Source: Porphyridium purpureum (lineage: Eukaryota). Taken from it: DNA of 64,000 nucleotides. The notes under the pieces are model-generated. The model did not search any database, had not been told where the DNA came from, and worked only from the letters and a program-made list of their open reading frames with translations. The translations under genes were made by a program, and so were the position numbers. Positions 20,931 through 31,672 of the stretch are shown piece after piece. The DNA is taken from contig VRMN01000008.1 in NCBI GenBank assembly GCA_008690995.1, positions 1 to 64,000 of the forward strand, in the 5' to 3' direction. The number at the start of each line of letters is the position of its first letter. Positions within the stretch are counted from its first letter, which is position 1.

Positions 20931-22628
20931 TCAAATGGGCATGGCTGAATTGGTTACAATCCGCTTCAGTTTCGAGCCCTGCGTGGCAGGACCCAAAATG
21001 GCCTGTTCATCACTTTGTATGAAGTGTTTCAGAAACATGCGGTAAAATTCAAGAAATGAAGCGTATACTGCGTCTTTCCGGCTTTGGGCCATGTTCCGCA
21101 ACTCAACGCGCACAGCATCCACAGCCTCTTCGAAATTCTCTTTCGGACCTTCGCTCCTGGCGCTCATCTTGCGAGATACTGCGCTTGTCACCTTGGCCGC
21201 CTGGGAGGTTTGCGGCTCCGCGCCATGCATAAGCTTTGCCGGCGACATGTAGAAAAGAACGCGCATCTCATGATTGTGGTCATCCACCATAAACGCGGCC
21301 CGTATCATGTTATCCGACGCCAGGAATGCAATATGCAGCTCGCCAAGAATACGCTTGATGTGTTCATGCACTTCCAGTGCGGTCATCCCGGACAGAAACG
21401 AAAATGTGTTTCGCTGCGCCTCATCAATGCTTCGAATCTTAGTCTCCCGCCGCTTCTGCTGTTTTTGCATTTCTTTGAGGGCCAAACTCGCAGAGCTTGG
21501 CTGGTGCGTCGTGCGAGAGGCCAAGTCCTCGTCCGTTTTTGACCGGAAAACCTTGGTCAGTTTGCGCAACCGCGTCGGCGTGCTCGCATCTTTCTCAGCT
21601 GTGTTCTCACGGCTCAAACTTGCTTCCGAACGAGGTTTGCTTTTCGATCGCGGAATCATTGTTTCCTTTTTGTCTCCGGCGGTGCCACCTGCATCGACGT
21701 GCGTCGGAGGATCCGGTACGGGAGAAGCGCTGGACTTAAGCGTTGATGTCGGCACAGCTTCTGGTTTCAAGATGTCTGCTGCCTCTTCAGCAGCTGCTGG
21801 AGGTTGTGTTTCGCTGGTTGCTTGCTCTGTTTCGCCCGCATCTTTATCGATCGACGAGTCCAACGAGCCAGTCGTTGCCTGTGGCCGTGACCTCAGGCCC
21901 GCAAGACTACCCATCTCAGCACGGATGTGTCCAGGTGCAAGCATTTCGACAAAGCGCTCTTCCTTTTCTGCTAGCTGCATACTGGACAGGCTTCTGAGGT
22001 CAAGGCTCACTCGACCGGGCGCCGGAAAGGAAGTTTCTTCGTCGTCTAGCACGCCGTTGAGACTACTTCCGTGACTCTGTGCGTGTGGAGACAGCATCGC
22101 TGCTTGCAACCTCATCCTAGGCTTCGTCTGTCGCTGATACTCTGAGTCCCCTCTATCCGGCGGCCCTTCCTGGTTTGCCGGATTCGATGCCCGCCCTTGC
22201 CCTGGCTTAGGCTCGGGCTTAGGCTCGGGCTTAGGCTCGGGCTTGGGCTCGGGCTTGGGCTCGGGCTGCAGTTCTGGCAGTGGTTTGGTCTCGGGTTCCG
22301 ACGGTGGTTCCGAAGGTGGTTCCGACGGGGGTTCCGACGGTGGTTCCGACGGGGGTTCCGACGGTGGTTCCGACGGTGGTTCCGACGGTGGTTCCGACAT
22401 TCGTCCCGTCAGCGATTCCGCCAACGGTTCCGTCAATGGCTCCATCAGCGGTTCCGTCAGCGGTTCATGCTCCGTCACCGGGTCTGGCACGTCATCATCG
22501 CGGTGCTCTTCCTCAAAGTCTTCATATTCTATGCCTGCCCCTCGATCCGCAAACCGCTTGACCATACCTATCGAGGACGAACTCGCATTCATCGTCGAGG
22601 TGCTCTGGTCCAGAATACTCCTCTCCAT
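20931..22628 (-). CDS. Disordered Pro/Glu-repeat protein with a C-terminal KA1-like domain
   Basis: Long ORF with (PSEP)n and (EPKP)n arrays. The C-terminal alpha/beta segment resembles KA1 (ALEVHEHIKRILGELHI ... VRVELRN ... FLEFYRMF). ATG at 22628. Confidence 0.55.
   Translation of the reverse strand: MERSILDQSTSTMNASSSSIGMVKRFADRGAGIEYEDFEEEHRDDDVPDPVTEHEPLTEPLMEPLTEPLAESLTGRMSEPPSEPPSEPPSEPPSEPPSEPPSEPPSEPPSEPETKPLPELQPEPKPEPKPEPKPEPKPEPKPGQGRASNPANQEGPPDRGDSEYQRQTKPRMRLQAAMLSPHAQSHGSSLNGVLDDEETSFPAPGRVSLDLRSLSSMQLAEKEERFVEMLAPGHIRAEMGSLAGLRSRPQATTGSLDSSIDKDAGETEQATSETQPPAAAEEAADILKPEAVPTSTLKSSASPVPDPPTHVDAGGTAGDKKETMIPRSKSKPRSEASLSRENTAEKDASTPTRLRKLTKVFRSKTDEDLASRTTHQPSSASLALKEMQKQQKRRETKIRSIDEAQRNTFSFLSGMTALEVHEHIKRILGELHIAFLASDNMIRAAFMVDDHNHEMRVLFYMSPAKLMHGAEPQTSQAAKVTSAVSRKMSARSEGPKENFEEAVDAVRVELRNMAQSRKDAVYASFLEFYRMFLKHFIQSDEQAILGPATQGSKLKRIVTNSAMPI
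22204..22398. repeat. Two adjacent 12-bp coding tandem arrays (GGCTTAGGCTCG x~5; GGTTCCGACGGT x~9)
   Basis: Directly visible. They encode EPKP and PSEP repeats on the minus strand. Confidence 0.9.
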
Positions 22629-22957
22629 GTTTTCCGCAGGCGGAGCGCCGGCGCCCCGGTTGCCCGGCAACAACAACCCGCGAGCCGCCTCGCCCTTTGT
22701 CTCAGCCGGCGGGGTACAACGTCGAGAGTGCCCCGCGCGCTCTCCCCCCCGGACAACAGCCGCACACTCCGTCCCCGCTCCCTTGTTCGCCCTGCCGCTC
22801 GTTCGAGAGCAGTCCACTGAGGCCCCACGCTGCTGCGCGCGTGTCGGGCGTTCCTGTCGCGCTTCCAATACCTAAAATAGAACTTGGTGAGGTGTACAGT
22901 GTGTACGGTGCAGGTGCGGGCGCAGATTGGACTATTTAATGTTGGAGCTCGGTCGGA

Positions 22958-25048
22958 CTATTGGGTCTTGCGTTCACGTGCGCTCGTGGCACGCACGACA
23001 CGGGCGTCGCGCCAGGCGAGCACGTTGTGGCGCGTTCGGGAGAGCCAGGTGTAGGCGTCGTGCGACAATCTGCGCAGAGACCGCTGCACAGCAAAGAAGA
23101 GGAAGAATAATGGACCCGCACAGCCGAGCGTCCACCAAAGCAACCAGCGCGGGCTTCCGGCATGGATGCCGTGCAGTTGCCTCGTGCAGACGCGATCCTG
23201 TAATGCGGCTGGAACAGACAAGTGACTTCGGCCCCATGCGTCATGGTCTGGTAAGCGAAGGGACCGATCAGGTTCGTCCAGCAGTTCATCCACTGCACAC
23301 AGAAATGTTCCCACGGGGTCTGCGTTGGTCAGGAGCTGAGCAAGGTCACGCATCGTATCGGCATCAACAGAACGGAGCACATTCAAAGAAGAGATTATTT
23401 CCGCTGACTCTGTACCTTCTTCCACGCGCGCAATCTCCGCAACGCCAGCGTCGTACAGCCGAAACGCCACGTCCAACTGCTCGCTCTCCAGCGGCATGCA
23501 CAGCAGCGGGATGGCCTGCGCGAGCGCTACATGAGCGGCATCCAACCCACAGGATGAGATGAACACGGAAGGAGCGCAGAATTCTAGTCGCGCGCTCAAG
23601 TCTTCCACATGACTCAGCCATTCAAACTGCAGACGGACGTTCGAGGCATCGCATTCAGAACCATCGCGCAAGAGCTCCTCGATCGATCTTTCGAATACTG
23701 ACACCGATGCTGCTAGACTTGAGTTGGACAGCAGCCAGGTGACGACGTGGGGTGCGTCGTTTGCCGTGGAGCGCCAGCTGCAGACTGCCCGACGCACTTT
23801 ACGAATCATAAATTCGGGCATGTCCAATTCACTGTGAAACCACACAATGATGTCGCCGCGCAGACTAGGTGGGTCGATGACGGGCGGCCGTGACGAAGAC
23901 GGCAGCCATGCTCCAGTGATGATCATGTTGTCGAGTCCCGTCTGCGGAAAGCAGTATTCAATCCCAAAGACAGTGTTCAGAAGCAGCGTCGAGTTGCTGT
24001 ACAGCTCGGAGAGCGATGATACAACTGGAGTAGGCGGTACGACAACGGACCCGAACGCGCCCACACTGCCCACCTTGGCTTTCAGGAACGCAGAATTCAA
24101 ATGCCGTCGCAGAGATTGTCGTGCCAGCCACGCAAGCACATGAAAGGTCGGCTGTGCAAACATGAGCCCGATGGGGTATTCACGAAGATGACCGTGAATG
24201 GGTAGATAGCGGGGCAAAAACATGCCCTCCATGGGCTCCCGGAATCCCCCTAATAGTGATGCGTGACTAACAATCACTTGACGGGGCGAAAGCTTCTGAT
24301 GCAATGCGAGGATTGACCCAATGCTCTTTGAGTCCACAAGCGCGAGATGCGGTAGGAGATCCTGTTCGGCTAGGCTTCTGAGTAGATCGTGCAACACCTC
24401 AAATGACCTCACAGCCTCCTTCTCAATCTTGAGTCGCGTATCCGCAGCGTCATCTTGCAGCAGAGTACGAAAGCGTGTGTCACGATGCCATAGACATGTA
24501 TCGAGGGTGATCGCGCCGCCAGGAACGCACTGGACCGCGTGCGCCACTCCGTGTTCGCTCGCAAGTCGCTCGCATTCTCGCGCTTCCTCATCGGCGCCGC
24601 TCACAGCGACCATGGCGCGGAAATGCCGTGTCGACTGAGTGCGCGATTCTGCAGATGTGCAGCCCTTCCGTTCAATTAGTGCTGCGACAAACTCCCAAAG
24701 CGTCCGGTCACGCATGCTTGCCGGCTTGCCCGGCATCACAACAAGCACGCGCACGACATTATCGTCAACGTCCTCGATATCACTGAACACATGCCTTTTG
24801 ATCGCGGCTCTACTTGCATTCGCTAGCTCGTCAATGCAGAGCCCTGCGTCACGTTCCAGTTGGGCAAGCTCTTCGGACGGCGCTGGAAAGGGCCATTGCC
24901 AGCCGTCCACATGGACGACCAAGGACGCGACGATTGCGCCCATCAGGAGCCACCATGGCAAAAGGCCGGAACACGAAGCGCATCTTCGTGCATTGTATCG
25001 CGGCAGGACAAGCGACGAGGCCGTCCTTGACGCCCGTGAAGTCTCCAT
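22958..25048 (-). CDS. Divergent UDP-glycosyltransferase-like (GT1) type-I membrane protein
   Basis: N-terminal hydrophobic signal and C-terminal TM (WLLWWTLGCAGPLFFLFFAV). A degenerate UGT signature, FISSCGLDAAHVALAQAIPLLCMPLESEQLDVAFRL, is present. Confidence 0.55.
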   Translation of the reverse strand: METSRASRTASSLVLPRYNARRCASCSGLLPWWLLMGAIVASLVVHVDGWQWPFPAPSEELAQLERDAGLCIDELANASRAAIKRHVFSDIEDVDDNVVRVLVVMPGKPASMRDRTLWEFVAALIERKGCTSAESRTQSTRHFRAMVAVSGADEEARECERLASEHGVAHAVQCVPGGAITLDTCLWHRDTRFRTLLQDDAADTRLKIEKEAVRSFEVLHDLLRSLAEQDLLPHLALVDSKSIGSILALHQKLSPRQVIVSHASLLGGFREPMEGMFLPRYLPIHGHLREYPIGLMFAQPTFHVLAWLARQSLRRHLNSAFLKAKVGSVGAFGSVVVPPTPVVSSLSELYSNSTLLLNTVFGIEYCFPQTGLDNMIITGAWLPSSSRPPVIDPPSLRGDIIVWFHSELDMPEFMIRKVRRAVCSWRSTANDAPHVVTWLLSNSSLAASVSVFERSIEELLRDGSECDASNVRLQFEWLSHVEDLSARLEFCAPSVFISSCGLDAAHVALAQAIPLLCMPLESEQLDVAFRLYDAGVAEIARVEEGTESAEIISSLNVLRSVDADTMRDLAQLLTNADPVGTFLCAVDELLDEPDRSLRLPDHDAWGRSHLSVPAALQDRVCTRQLHGIHAGSPRWLLWWTLGCAGPLFFLFFAVQRSLRRLSHDAYTWLSRTRHNVLAWRDARVVRATSARERKTQ

Positions 25049-25442
25049 GCCGCATGAGCGCGCTCACACCCGAATCGCATTCCAGGGATCCACTCAGTGG
25101 CGCAGACCCCCAAGTTAGAATGAGGGTTTGATGTTCACACCAATCGGGTTAGATTGAGGGTTTCAAAAGGCGATGGAGCGATTTGAAAATTCGAAAATTT
25201 GAAAGCAGGAGCTGGGAAGGAGCAGAGGGAGGCCATGCACAGAAGAAGCACAGCACCATGTGGAGCTCGGAAAGGTATGCAGCAAGGGACGAAGGAGTCT
25301 TGCAGGGAGGCTCTTATTGAGTACGGAGTTGCACAATCAGGTGCGAAGAAGGGCTGTCGAAGACGCAAGGCAAAGAGGACAAGAACGGGAAAGAAAGTGC
25401 GTCTGTGTGTGACAGATTAGATTGGATTGCGTGGTGCCCAGG

Positions 25443-28400
25443 ATGGAGGCGCTGCATCCAGCGCAGGCTGGCAACTCGAATCAGAACAAGCGGCTCGGGC
25501 CCGGTCAGAATGTGGAAGAGATGTACAAAAAGGTGTCGCAGCTGGAGCACGTGCTGCTGCGTCCAGATACGTACATTGGATCTGCGGAGCGCGTAGCGCA
25601 GACCATGTGGGTTTGGGATGAGCCGGCAGGTAAGATGGTGTACCGCGAGGTGCATTATGTCCCTGGGCTGTATAAGATCTTTGACGAGATTCTGGTGAAT
25701 GCGGCTGATCATAAGCAGCGTGACGCGTCGCTGGATACGATCAAAGTGGACATAGACACGGAGAACAACCTTATCAGCGTGTTTAACAATGGATCTGGCA
25801 TTCCGGTCGAGATGCACAAGAAGGAAGGTGTGTACGTGCCAGAAATGATTTTTGGACAGCTGCTCACGTCCTCCAATTACAATGACAGTGAGAAGAAAGT
25901 GGTGGGCGGGCGCAATGGGTATGGCGCAAAGCTTGCGAATATTTTCTCGACCAAGTTTGTGGTCGAGACGGCCGACTCGGCGCGCGGGCTCAAGTACAGG
26001 CAAGTGTTCCGTGATAACATGCAGCAAAAGGAACCGCCCACGGTCAAGTCCATGGGTGCCAAAAAAGAGGACTGGACCAGGCTGTCGTTTTCGCCTGACC
26101 TTGCCAAGTTTGGCGCGACCCACCTTGACACCGACACGTTCGCATTGTTTAAGAAACGCGTATACGACATTGCTGGTGCGAATCCGGGCATTAAGGTCTG
26201 GTTCAATGGCGAGCGCATTCCAATTCGTACGTTCAAAGACTATGTGAACCTGTACATGCACGAAAAGCCGGACGTTCCGCTTGTACACGAGCGCTGCGGC
26301 GAGCGCTGGGAAGTAGTGGTTACTGCATCTGATGGCCAGTTCAACCAAGTTAGTTTCGTCAACTCAATCTGGACCATCAAAGGTGGAACGCACGTGACGC
26401 ACGTTGCCGACCAGATCGTGGCCAAGTTGTCCGAACATATCGCCAAAAAGAGCAAGACTGTAGCGCCAAAGCCGTTCCAGATCAAGAGCCACCTGTCCAT
26501 TTTCGTGAATTGCTTGGTAGAGAACCCGGCCTTTGACTCACAAACCAAGGAGACACTGACGTCCAAGCCGAGCTCTTTTGGAAGCAAGTGCGTGTTGTCC
26601 GAAGAACTCATGAAGAAGGTCATCAAGAGTGGCGTCGTCGAAAATATCCTGGCATTTGCAAAGTTCAAGCAGGAGAAGGAGCTGTCCAAGACAGACGGCG
26701 GCAAGAAGATCAAGGTTCTTGGCGTGCCTAAACTGGACGATGCAAACAAGGCCGGCTCTCGCGAGTCCTGCAAGTGCACTTTGATTCTGACGGAGGGTGA
26801 CTCTGCCAAAGCGCTCGCGATTTCAGGCCTTTCGGTCATCGGTCGCGATTACTATGGCGTGTTCCCGCTTCGCGGCAAGCTTCTGAACGTGCGCGAAGCC
26901 ACGCACAAGCAGATCATGGACAATGCAGAGCTGTCGAACCTGAAAAAGATTCTCGGGCTCCAGCAAAACAAGACGTATGATGCTGAAAGCGTGAAGCAGT
27001 TGCGGTACGGTCATGTCTTGATCATGACGGACCAAGACCACGATGGTAGTCACATCAAAGGTCTCCTGATCAATTTCCTGGAGCACTTTTGGCCAAGTTT
27101 ACTCGAGGTGCCTGGCTTCCTGCAGGAATTTATTACCCCGATTGTCAAGTGCACTCGGGGGCAGGACCAGAAAATCTTCTTCACTATGCCAGAGTACAAG
27201 ACTTGGTTTGAAGCCGAGATGGGCTCGGGCGCGCGGTCGCGCTGGAACATCAAGTACTACAAGGGTTTGGGTACCTCCACGAGTTCGGAAGCGAAGCAAT
27301 ACTTTGGCGACCTCGACACACATCTGCTGACCTTCAAGCACGCCGGCTCCAATTGCAATCAAATGATTGACCTGGCTTTTTCGAAGCAACGCGTCGCAGA
27401 CCGCAAGGTGTGGCTCGCGGAGTCCGAGCCGAACACATTTCTTGACTACGCACGGGATGAGCTTACCTACTCGAACTTTATCAATAAGGAACTGGTGCTC
27501 TTTTCGCTTGCAGACAACGAGCGCTCCATTCCTAGCGTTGTCGATGGGCTAAAGCCCAGCCAGCGCAAGGTGCTCTTCGCGTGCTTCAAGAGAAAACTCA
27601 AGACTGAAATTAAGGTGGCGCAGCTCGCCGGTTATGTGTCGGAGCATGCGGCTTATCATCACGGCGAGGCTTCACTCATGTCGACGATCGTCGGGCTTGC
27701 GCAGAACTTTGTCGGTGCCAACAACATTAACTTGCTTGTGCCGTCTGGTCAATTCGGAACCCGGCTGCAAGGTGGTAAAGACGCAGCGTCGGCGCGTTAC
27801 ATTTTTACACGATTGGCCAAGGTCACGCGTGCTTTGTTTCCAGAAAAGGACGACCAAATTCTGGAGTACCTCGACGAAGATGGCATGCGCATTGAGCCGA
27901 AATGGTACTGTCCAATTATTCCGCTCGCTCTGGTGAACGGTGCTGATGGGATCGGCACTGGCTGGTCAACGTCTGTGCCTTGCTACAACCCGCGGGATCT
28001 TGTCAAAATCATACGCGCTCTGCTGGCGGTTTCGTCGAGCACTGACGAAACTCAACTTCAGCGAACGATCCATGGGATTGACCTAGTACCCTGGTACCGC
28101 GGCTTCAAGGGCAGCGTGCATGCTGTCGAAAATTCGACGTCATTTGATGTGCATGGCCGCGTCTACCGCGTTGACGCGGACACGCTCCGCGTCGTCGAGT
28201 TGCCCATTCGGTCGTGGACTTCATCGTACAAGGAATGGCTGGAGAGTAATGTTGTGGGCGCACCAAGCGTCGGGGACAATACTCAAGCCAAGAGTGCCTT
28301 TGTTCGAGACATTCGCGACCTGAGCACAGAGGATCAAGTTGATTTCACAGTGACCGTGACTCCTGGCTCGACGGCCGACACTGAGGATCTGTTCAAGAAG

Positions 28401-29882
28401 TTGCGCCTGTCTGGGTCTGTTGCGACAAGCAATATGGTTTTCTTTGATCCGAGCGGCCGCATCCGCAAGTATGACACAACATATGATATTGTATTGGAGC
28501 ACTTTTCACTGCGCCTGAGCATGTACGAGAAGCGCAAGGCCGCGATTCTGGCCGAGCTCGAAATGGAGCAGGCCAAGTTGGAGAACAAGGCGCGCTTCAT
28601 CCTCATGGTTGCCGAAGGTAAACTCAAGGTGTCCAAGCGGAGCAAGGCAGCCATCTTGGATGATTTGGTGAAGCTCAAGTTCAAGCCTTTTCCTCCACGA
28701 AGGGCTCCGGTCGCCGAGCAGACACCGGACGATGAGCAAGATGATGAAGAAGGCGACGGCAACGGCAATGTTGGGGCAGGTGCATACGATTACCTGCTTG
28801 GCATGCAACTCTGGTCGCTGACGCTTGAGAGAGTGAATGCTCTTATCCAGGAGCGTGATGCAAAGATTGCCGAGGCGCAGGCCATGCGCATGCTGTCCCC
28901 GCAAGATCTGTGGAATGCAGACTTGGATGCCTTGATGATAGCCCTAGAGCAGGATGAGCGAGAGTATGAGGAGTCCAAGAAGGCCTCTGAGGCTGCTCCT
29001 TCGAGAGGAAAATCGAAGAAGCCTGCTTCAGGGACGAGCAAGTCTTCGGGGACAGGAAAGGTCGATCTGGAGCGCGAACTGGCGACGCTGGAGCCGATTC
29101 CGGCTCCCTCTGCGCGCATGGCGGCTGTGCGCAAGTCTCGTGCAGTACCCAGCAAGATTGTGGGAGCCAAAATGACAGGCGTCTCTGGTACAGAATTGGA
29201 CATGGACAGCGCATTGGAGATGGGCATTGACGGTGTCCTGGCAGATGATGTGATGTCCATTGCCATTACAGAGAAGCATGCGAAGAAAGCTGCGCCGAAG
29301 AAAGCAGCGGGTGCCGTGTCTGAAGCCGCACCGTCCTCCGGTTTGTCTCTGTCCCAACGTCTAGTGCAACAGGCTCAGGAGAAGCATGTCGGCGTTGTGA
29401 ATCTGGTCGACGACGATGGGCTATTCTCCATGAGTTCGGTGGGCGCGGCGATTCCGATTCCCAAGGCAAAGAAAGGGCCAGGTGCTGCCAAGAAGACGGC
29501 GGCGCAGCCGAAACGGTCGCGCGCCGCTGCTGGCATGACCAAGAAGAAAGCGAATGGAGGGGCGGTCGCCGCGGCGGGGAGCAGCAGCGGCGCCGCGGTG
29601 CACGAGTCGCCATCAACCAAGACACCTGAAGCAAAGCGCACCAAGCTGAAGAAGCGCGTTGAGGTGTCCAGTGATGAAAGCGACGCGGATTTGGACGACG
29701 ACCAGCTGAGCAGCGACGAGGAAGCCAAAGTCTTGGAAGCCATTCAACGGCGCGGGGTGACGCCTGTGCAGCGTAGCAAACGCGAACGTCGCCCCACAAA
29801 GTATGCGCTTGCTCTGGATAGTGAGTCGGACGCAAGCAGCGTGGAGGGTGACGAGGACGAAGATGACTTTGTGCCAGAGTAA
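25443..29882 (+). CDS. TOP2: DNA topoisomerase II
   Basis: EHVLLRPDTYIGS, KIFDEILVNAAD, GGRNGYGAKL, TEGDSA, PLRGK, MTDQDHDGSHIKG, YYKGLGTS, AASARYIFT (catalytic Tyr). ATG at 25443. Confidence 0.98.
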   Translation: MEALHPAQAGNSNQNKRLGPGQNVEEMYKKVSQLEHVLLRPDTYIGSAERVAQTMWVWDEPAGKMVYREVHYVPGLYKIFDEILVNAADHKQRDASLDTIKVDIDTENNLISVFNNGSGIPVEMHKKEGVYVPEMIFGQLLTSSNYNDSEKKVVGGRNGYGAKLANIFSTKFVVETADSARGLKYRQVFRDNMQQKEPPTVKSMGAKKEDWTRLSFSPDLAKFGATHLDTDTFALFKKRVYDIAGANPGIKVWFNGERIPIRTFKDYVNLYMHEKPDVPLVHERCGERWEVVVTASDGQFNQVSFVNSIWTIKGGTHVTHVADQIVAKLSEHIAKKSKTVAPKPFQIKSHLSIFVNCLVENPAFDSQTKETLTSKPSSFGSKCVLSEELMKKVIKSGVVENILAFAKFKQEKELSKTDGGKKIKVLGVPKLDDANKAGSRESCKCTLILTEGDSAKALAISGLSVIGRDYYGVFPLRGKLLNVREATHKQIMDNAELSNLKKILGLQQNKTYDAESVKQLRYGHVLIMTDQDHDGSHIKGLLINFLEHFWPSLLEVPGFLQEFITPIVKCTRGQDQKIFFTMPEYKTWFEAEMGSGARSRWNIKYYKGLGTSTSSEAKQYFGDLDTHLLTFKHAGSNCNQMIDLAFSKQRVADRKVWLAESEPNTFLDYARDELTYSNFINKELVLFSLADNERSIPSVVDGLKPSQRKVLFACFKRKLKTEIKVAQLAGYVSEHAAYHHGEASLMSTIVGLAQNFVGANNINLLVPSGQFGTRLQGGKDAASARYIFTRLAKVTRALFPEKDDQILEYLDEDGMRIEPKWYCPIIPLALVNGADGIGTGWSTSVPCYNPRDLVKIIRALLAVSSSTDETQLQRTIHGIDLVPWYRGFKGSVHAVENSTSFDVHGRVYRVDADTLRVVELPIRSWTSSYKEWLESNVVGAPSVGDNTQAKSAFVRDIRDLSTEDQVDFTVTVTPGSTADTEDLFKKLRLSGSVATSNMVFFDPSGRIRKYDTTYDIVLEHFSLRLSMYEKRKAAILAELEMEQAKLENKARFILMVAEGKLKVSKRSKAAILDDLVKLKFKPFPPRRAPVAEQTPDDEQDDEEGDGNGNVGAGAYDYLLGMQLWSLTLERVNALIQERDAKIAEAQAMRMLSPQDLWNADLDALMIALEQDEREYEESKKASEAAPSRGKSKKPASGTSKSSGTGKVDLERELATLEPIPAPSARMAAVRKSRAVPSKIVGAKMTGVSGTELDMDSALEMGIDGVLADDVMSIAITEKHAKKAAPKKAAGAVSEAAPSSGLSLSQRLVQQAQEKHVGVVNLVDDDGLFSMSSVGAAIPIPKAKKGPGAAKKTAAQPKRSRAAAGMTKKKANGGAVAAAGSSSGAAVHESPSTKTPEAKRTKLKKRVEVSSDESDADLDDDQLSSDEEAKVLEAIQRRGVTPVQRSKRERRPTKYALALDSESDASSVEGDEDEDDFVPE

Positions 29883-30875
29883 AGCAAGATTGCTCGCGCG
29901 CCTATTTCTCCACTTTGTTCAGCGGGGAGTGTACAGATACGGCGCCGTGCCAGCTCGACAAGCCGTTGAATACGAAGCCGTTCAGCCAATTTTCGCATCT
30001 TGTTTCCGCCTTCCAAAACAGCAATGCGTTTCAGCGCGATCGACGCGCGTTCCTCCTTGCAGCAGCGTGCTACGCCCGCAAAAGCACACCGCCTGGTGCT
30101 GCCAGCAACGAGCTGCCGGAGGGTCATTCACGTGGTCATCGTGTCGCGCGAGATGCCGCACGGACGAACGGTACGCCGAGCGTTGTTGACCCGCGTGATG
30201 TCGTTGTGAGTATGCAAGTCGCACTGCATTTCCCCCGCCGACATTCTCGCGCTCACCACCGCCGGTACCGATGCCAGCACCACCGCTGCCCGCCGCGCGT
30301 GACGGCATGATCCTCACTGAATGAATCATCGCGCTCCAGTTCTCACATTCCCACTCACACCACCACCACCATCCATCCATCCACCACGCCTTATCTCAGG
30401 GTCAAGGGTCATTCGCTCGGTTGATTCGCGCGAGGAATCTGTGTTTATATGGCCGGACGCTTACACAATACACAGCTCACTCCACGCTCCCCACCACAAC
30501 CATCCGACCGGCAGAAATTACTCACAAACATGGGCGCAGAAAAGGTCGCCGCACGAAAAACTTGAAAGCCGCGTACAGCGTTTTTTTTTTTGGTTTGGCG
30601 TCTTTCTTTCTTTTCGAGCGACTGCTCCGGCTCCACATCTGTCGGCCCCTCCCCGGGAGCAACAATCTTTTCTTTTTCTGTTCGGTCCTTTAATTTTTCC
30701 TGGATGTGTTTTTAACACTCAAAATCTGATTGATGGGTCATCGTCGTCTTTTGTAATAGAACCGAATCATACGAAGAACAAGAACGACTAGGAGAAGTAC
30801 TGGTGGTGGTGGTTGACTAGAACTGAGCCGGTAGTTGTAGTTAAGAGTAAAGAACAGCACATTGATAATAAGGCA

Positions 30876-31650
30876 TGGATTAAAAGTGTTCCGGTCCGAG
30901 AGACGCCCTGGGTGTACACCCGGAGGTACGGCGTCTCGGAATTGTTTGAGGTACAGGGGCTTTTTCGCCCACGTGGTTTTTTACCCTGTACCTCTGGTTT
31001 GTGCATTGTTGTCTTTCGCCCCGAGGAGCCGGAGTCGCGTGTCCGAGGGAAGCAGGAGCCGCTTGGCGGCCGGCCAGCACCCATTGAGCCGCTTGCTGAC
31101 GTGGCTGGCTGTGGCTTCGTTCTGTGGAACGAACGGAGGAAAGCCCAGCCTTTGGGAGAAATAATTTCTCCCTTCCGCGTCAAGGACAGCAAGGACGGCG
31201 GGGTATATAATGGGCGCGGGCCTGTGCGGTTCCCCGGATTTTCTTTAGAGCGGAAGAAGGAGAGGCAAGGGAGTAGGACACAGAGAATAAAAGAGGAGTT
31301 TGTTCTTTGGTGTCGGGTGCCTGGGCGTGGTCGTCGGAAGGCGTGGGGCCTTTTGCTGAGCCTGTGTAGCAGAGCCAGCAGCACATCGTGTCTGGGGGGT
31401 TTCGGTGCTCTTAGAGCACTGAAGGCAGACGGCGGCTTTGTCCGTTACGACACCCTGCCCCTGTCGAGACCGGTGCTGTCTGTGCCGACGCGAAAGGCAA
31501 TAGTAGAGGCCCTATACGTTGGATTTTCCACGCCCCGGGTATTCGTCGTCTGTGTTGTGTGCGTCGTGTTGCTGGGGTTCGGTCATCTGAGAAGGGTTGT
31601 GTCATCCGGGCTCGTGCGCTTGTCATCATCAAGCGTGCGAGAATTTAAAG
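30876..31650 (+). repeat. 5' LTR of outer element (775 bp)
   Basis: Matches 41521-42327 except for about 4 substitutions, a 1-bp indel and a 31-bp indel (counted by eye). TATATAA at ~31204. Ends are uncertain by 1-3 nt. Confidence 0.9.
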
Positions 31651-31662
31651 TGGTATCATCGC
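31651..31662 (+). other. Primer binding site (tRNA-iMet type) of outer element
   Basis: TGGTATCATCGC immediately after the LTR; the same 12-mer follows the inner element's 5' LTR. Confidence 0.85.
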
Positions 31663-31672
31663 ATCGGCGAAG

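Noticed and set aside
22204..22398. Tandem repeats as a possible CRISPR array
   Set aside because: No unique spacers; these are in-frame coding repeats in a eukaryotic gene.
29883..30875. Short ORFs between TOP2 and the LTR
   Set aside because: Low complexity and no homology signal. No evidence of a gene disrupted by the insertion.
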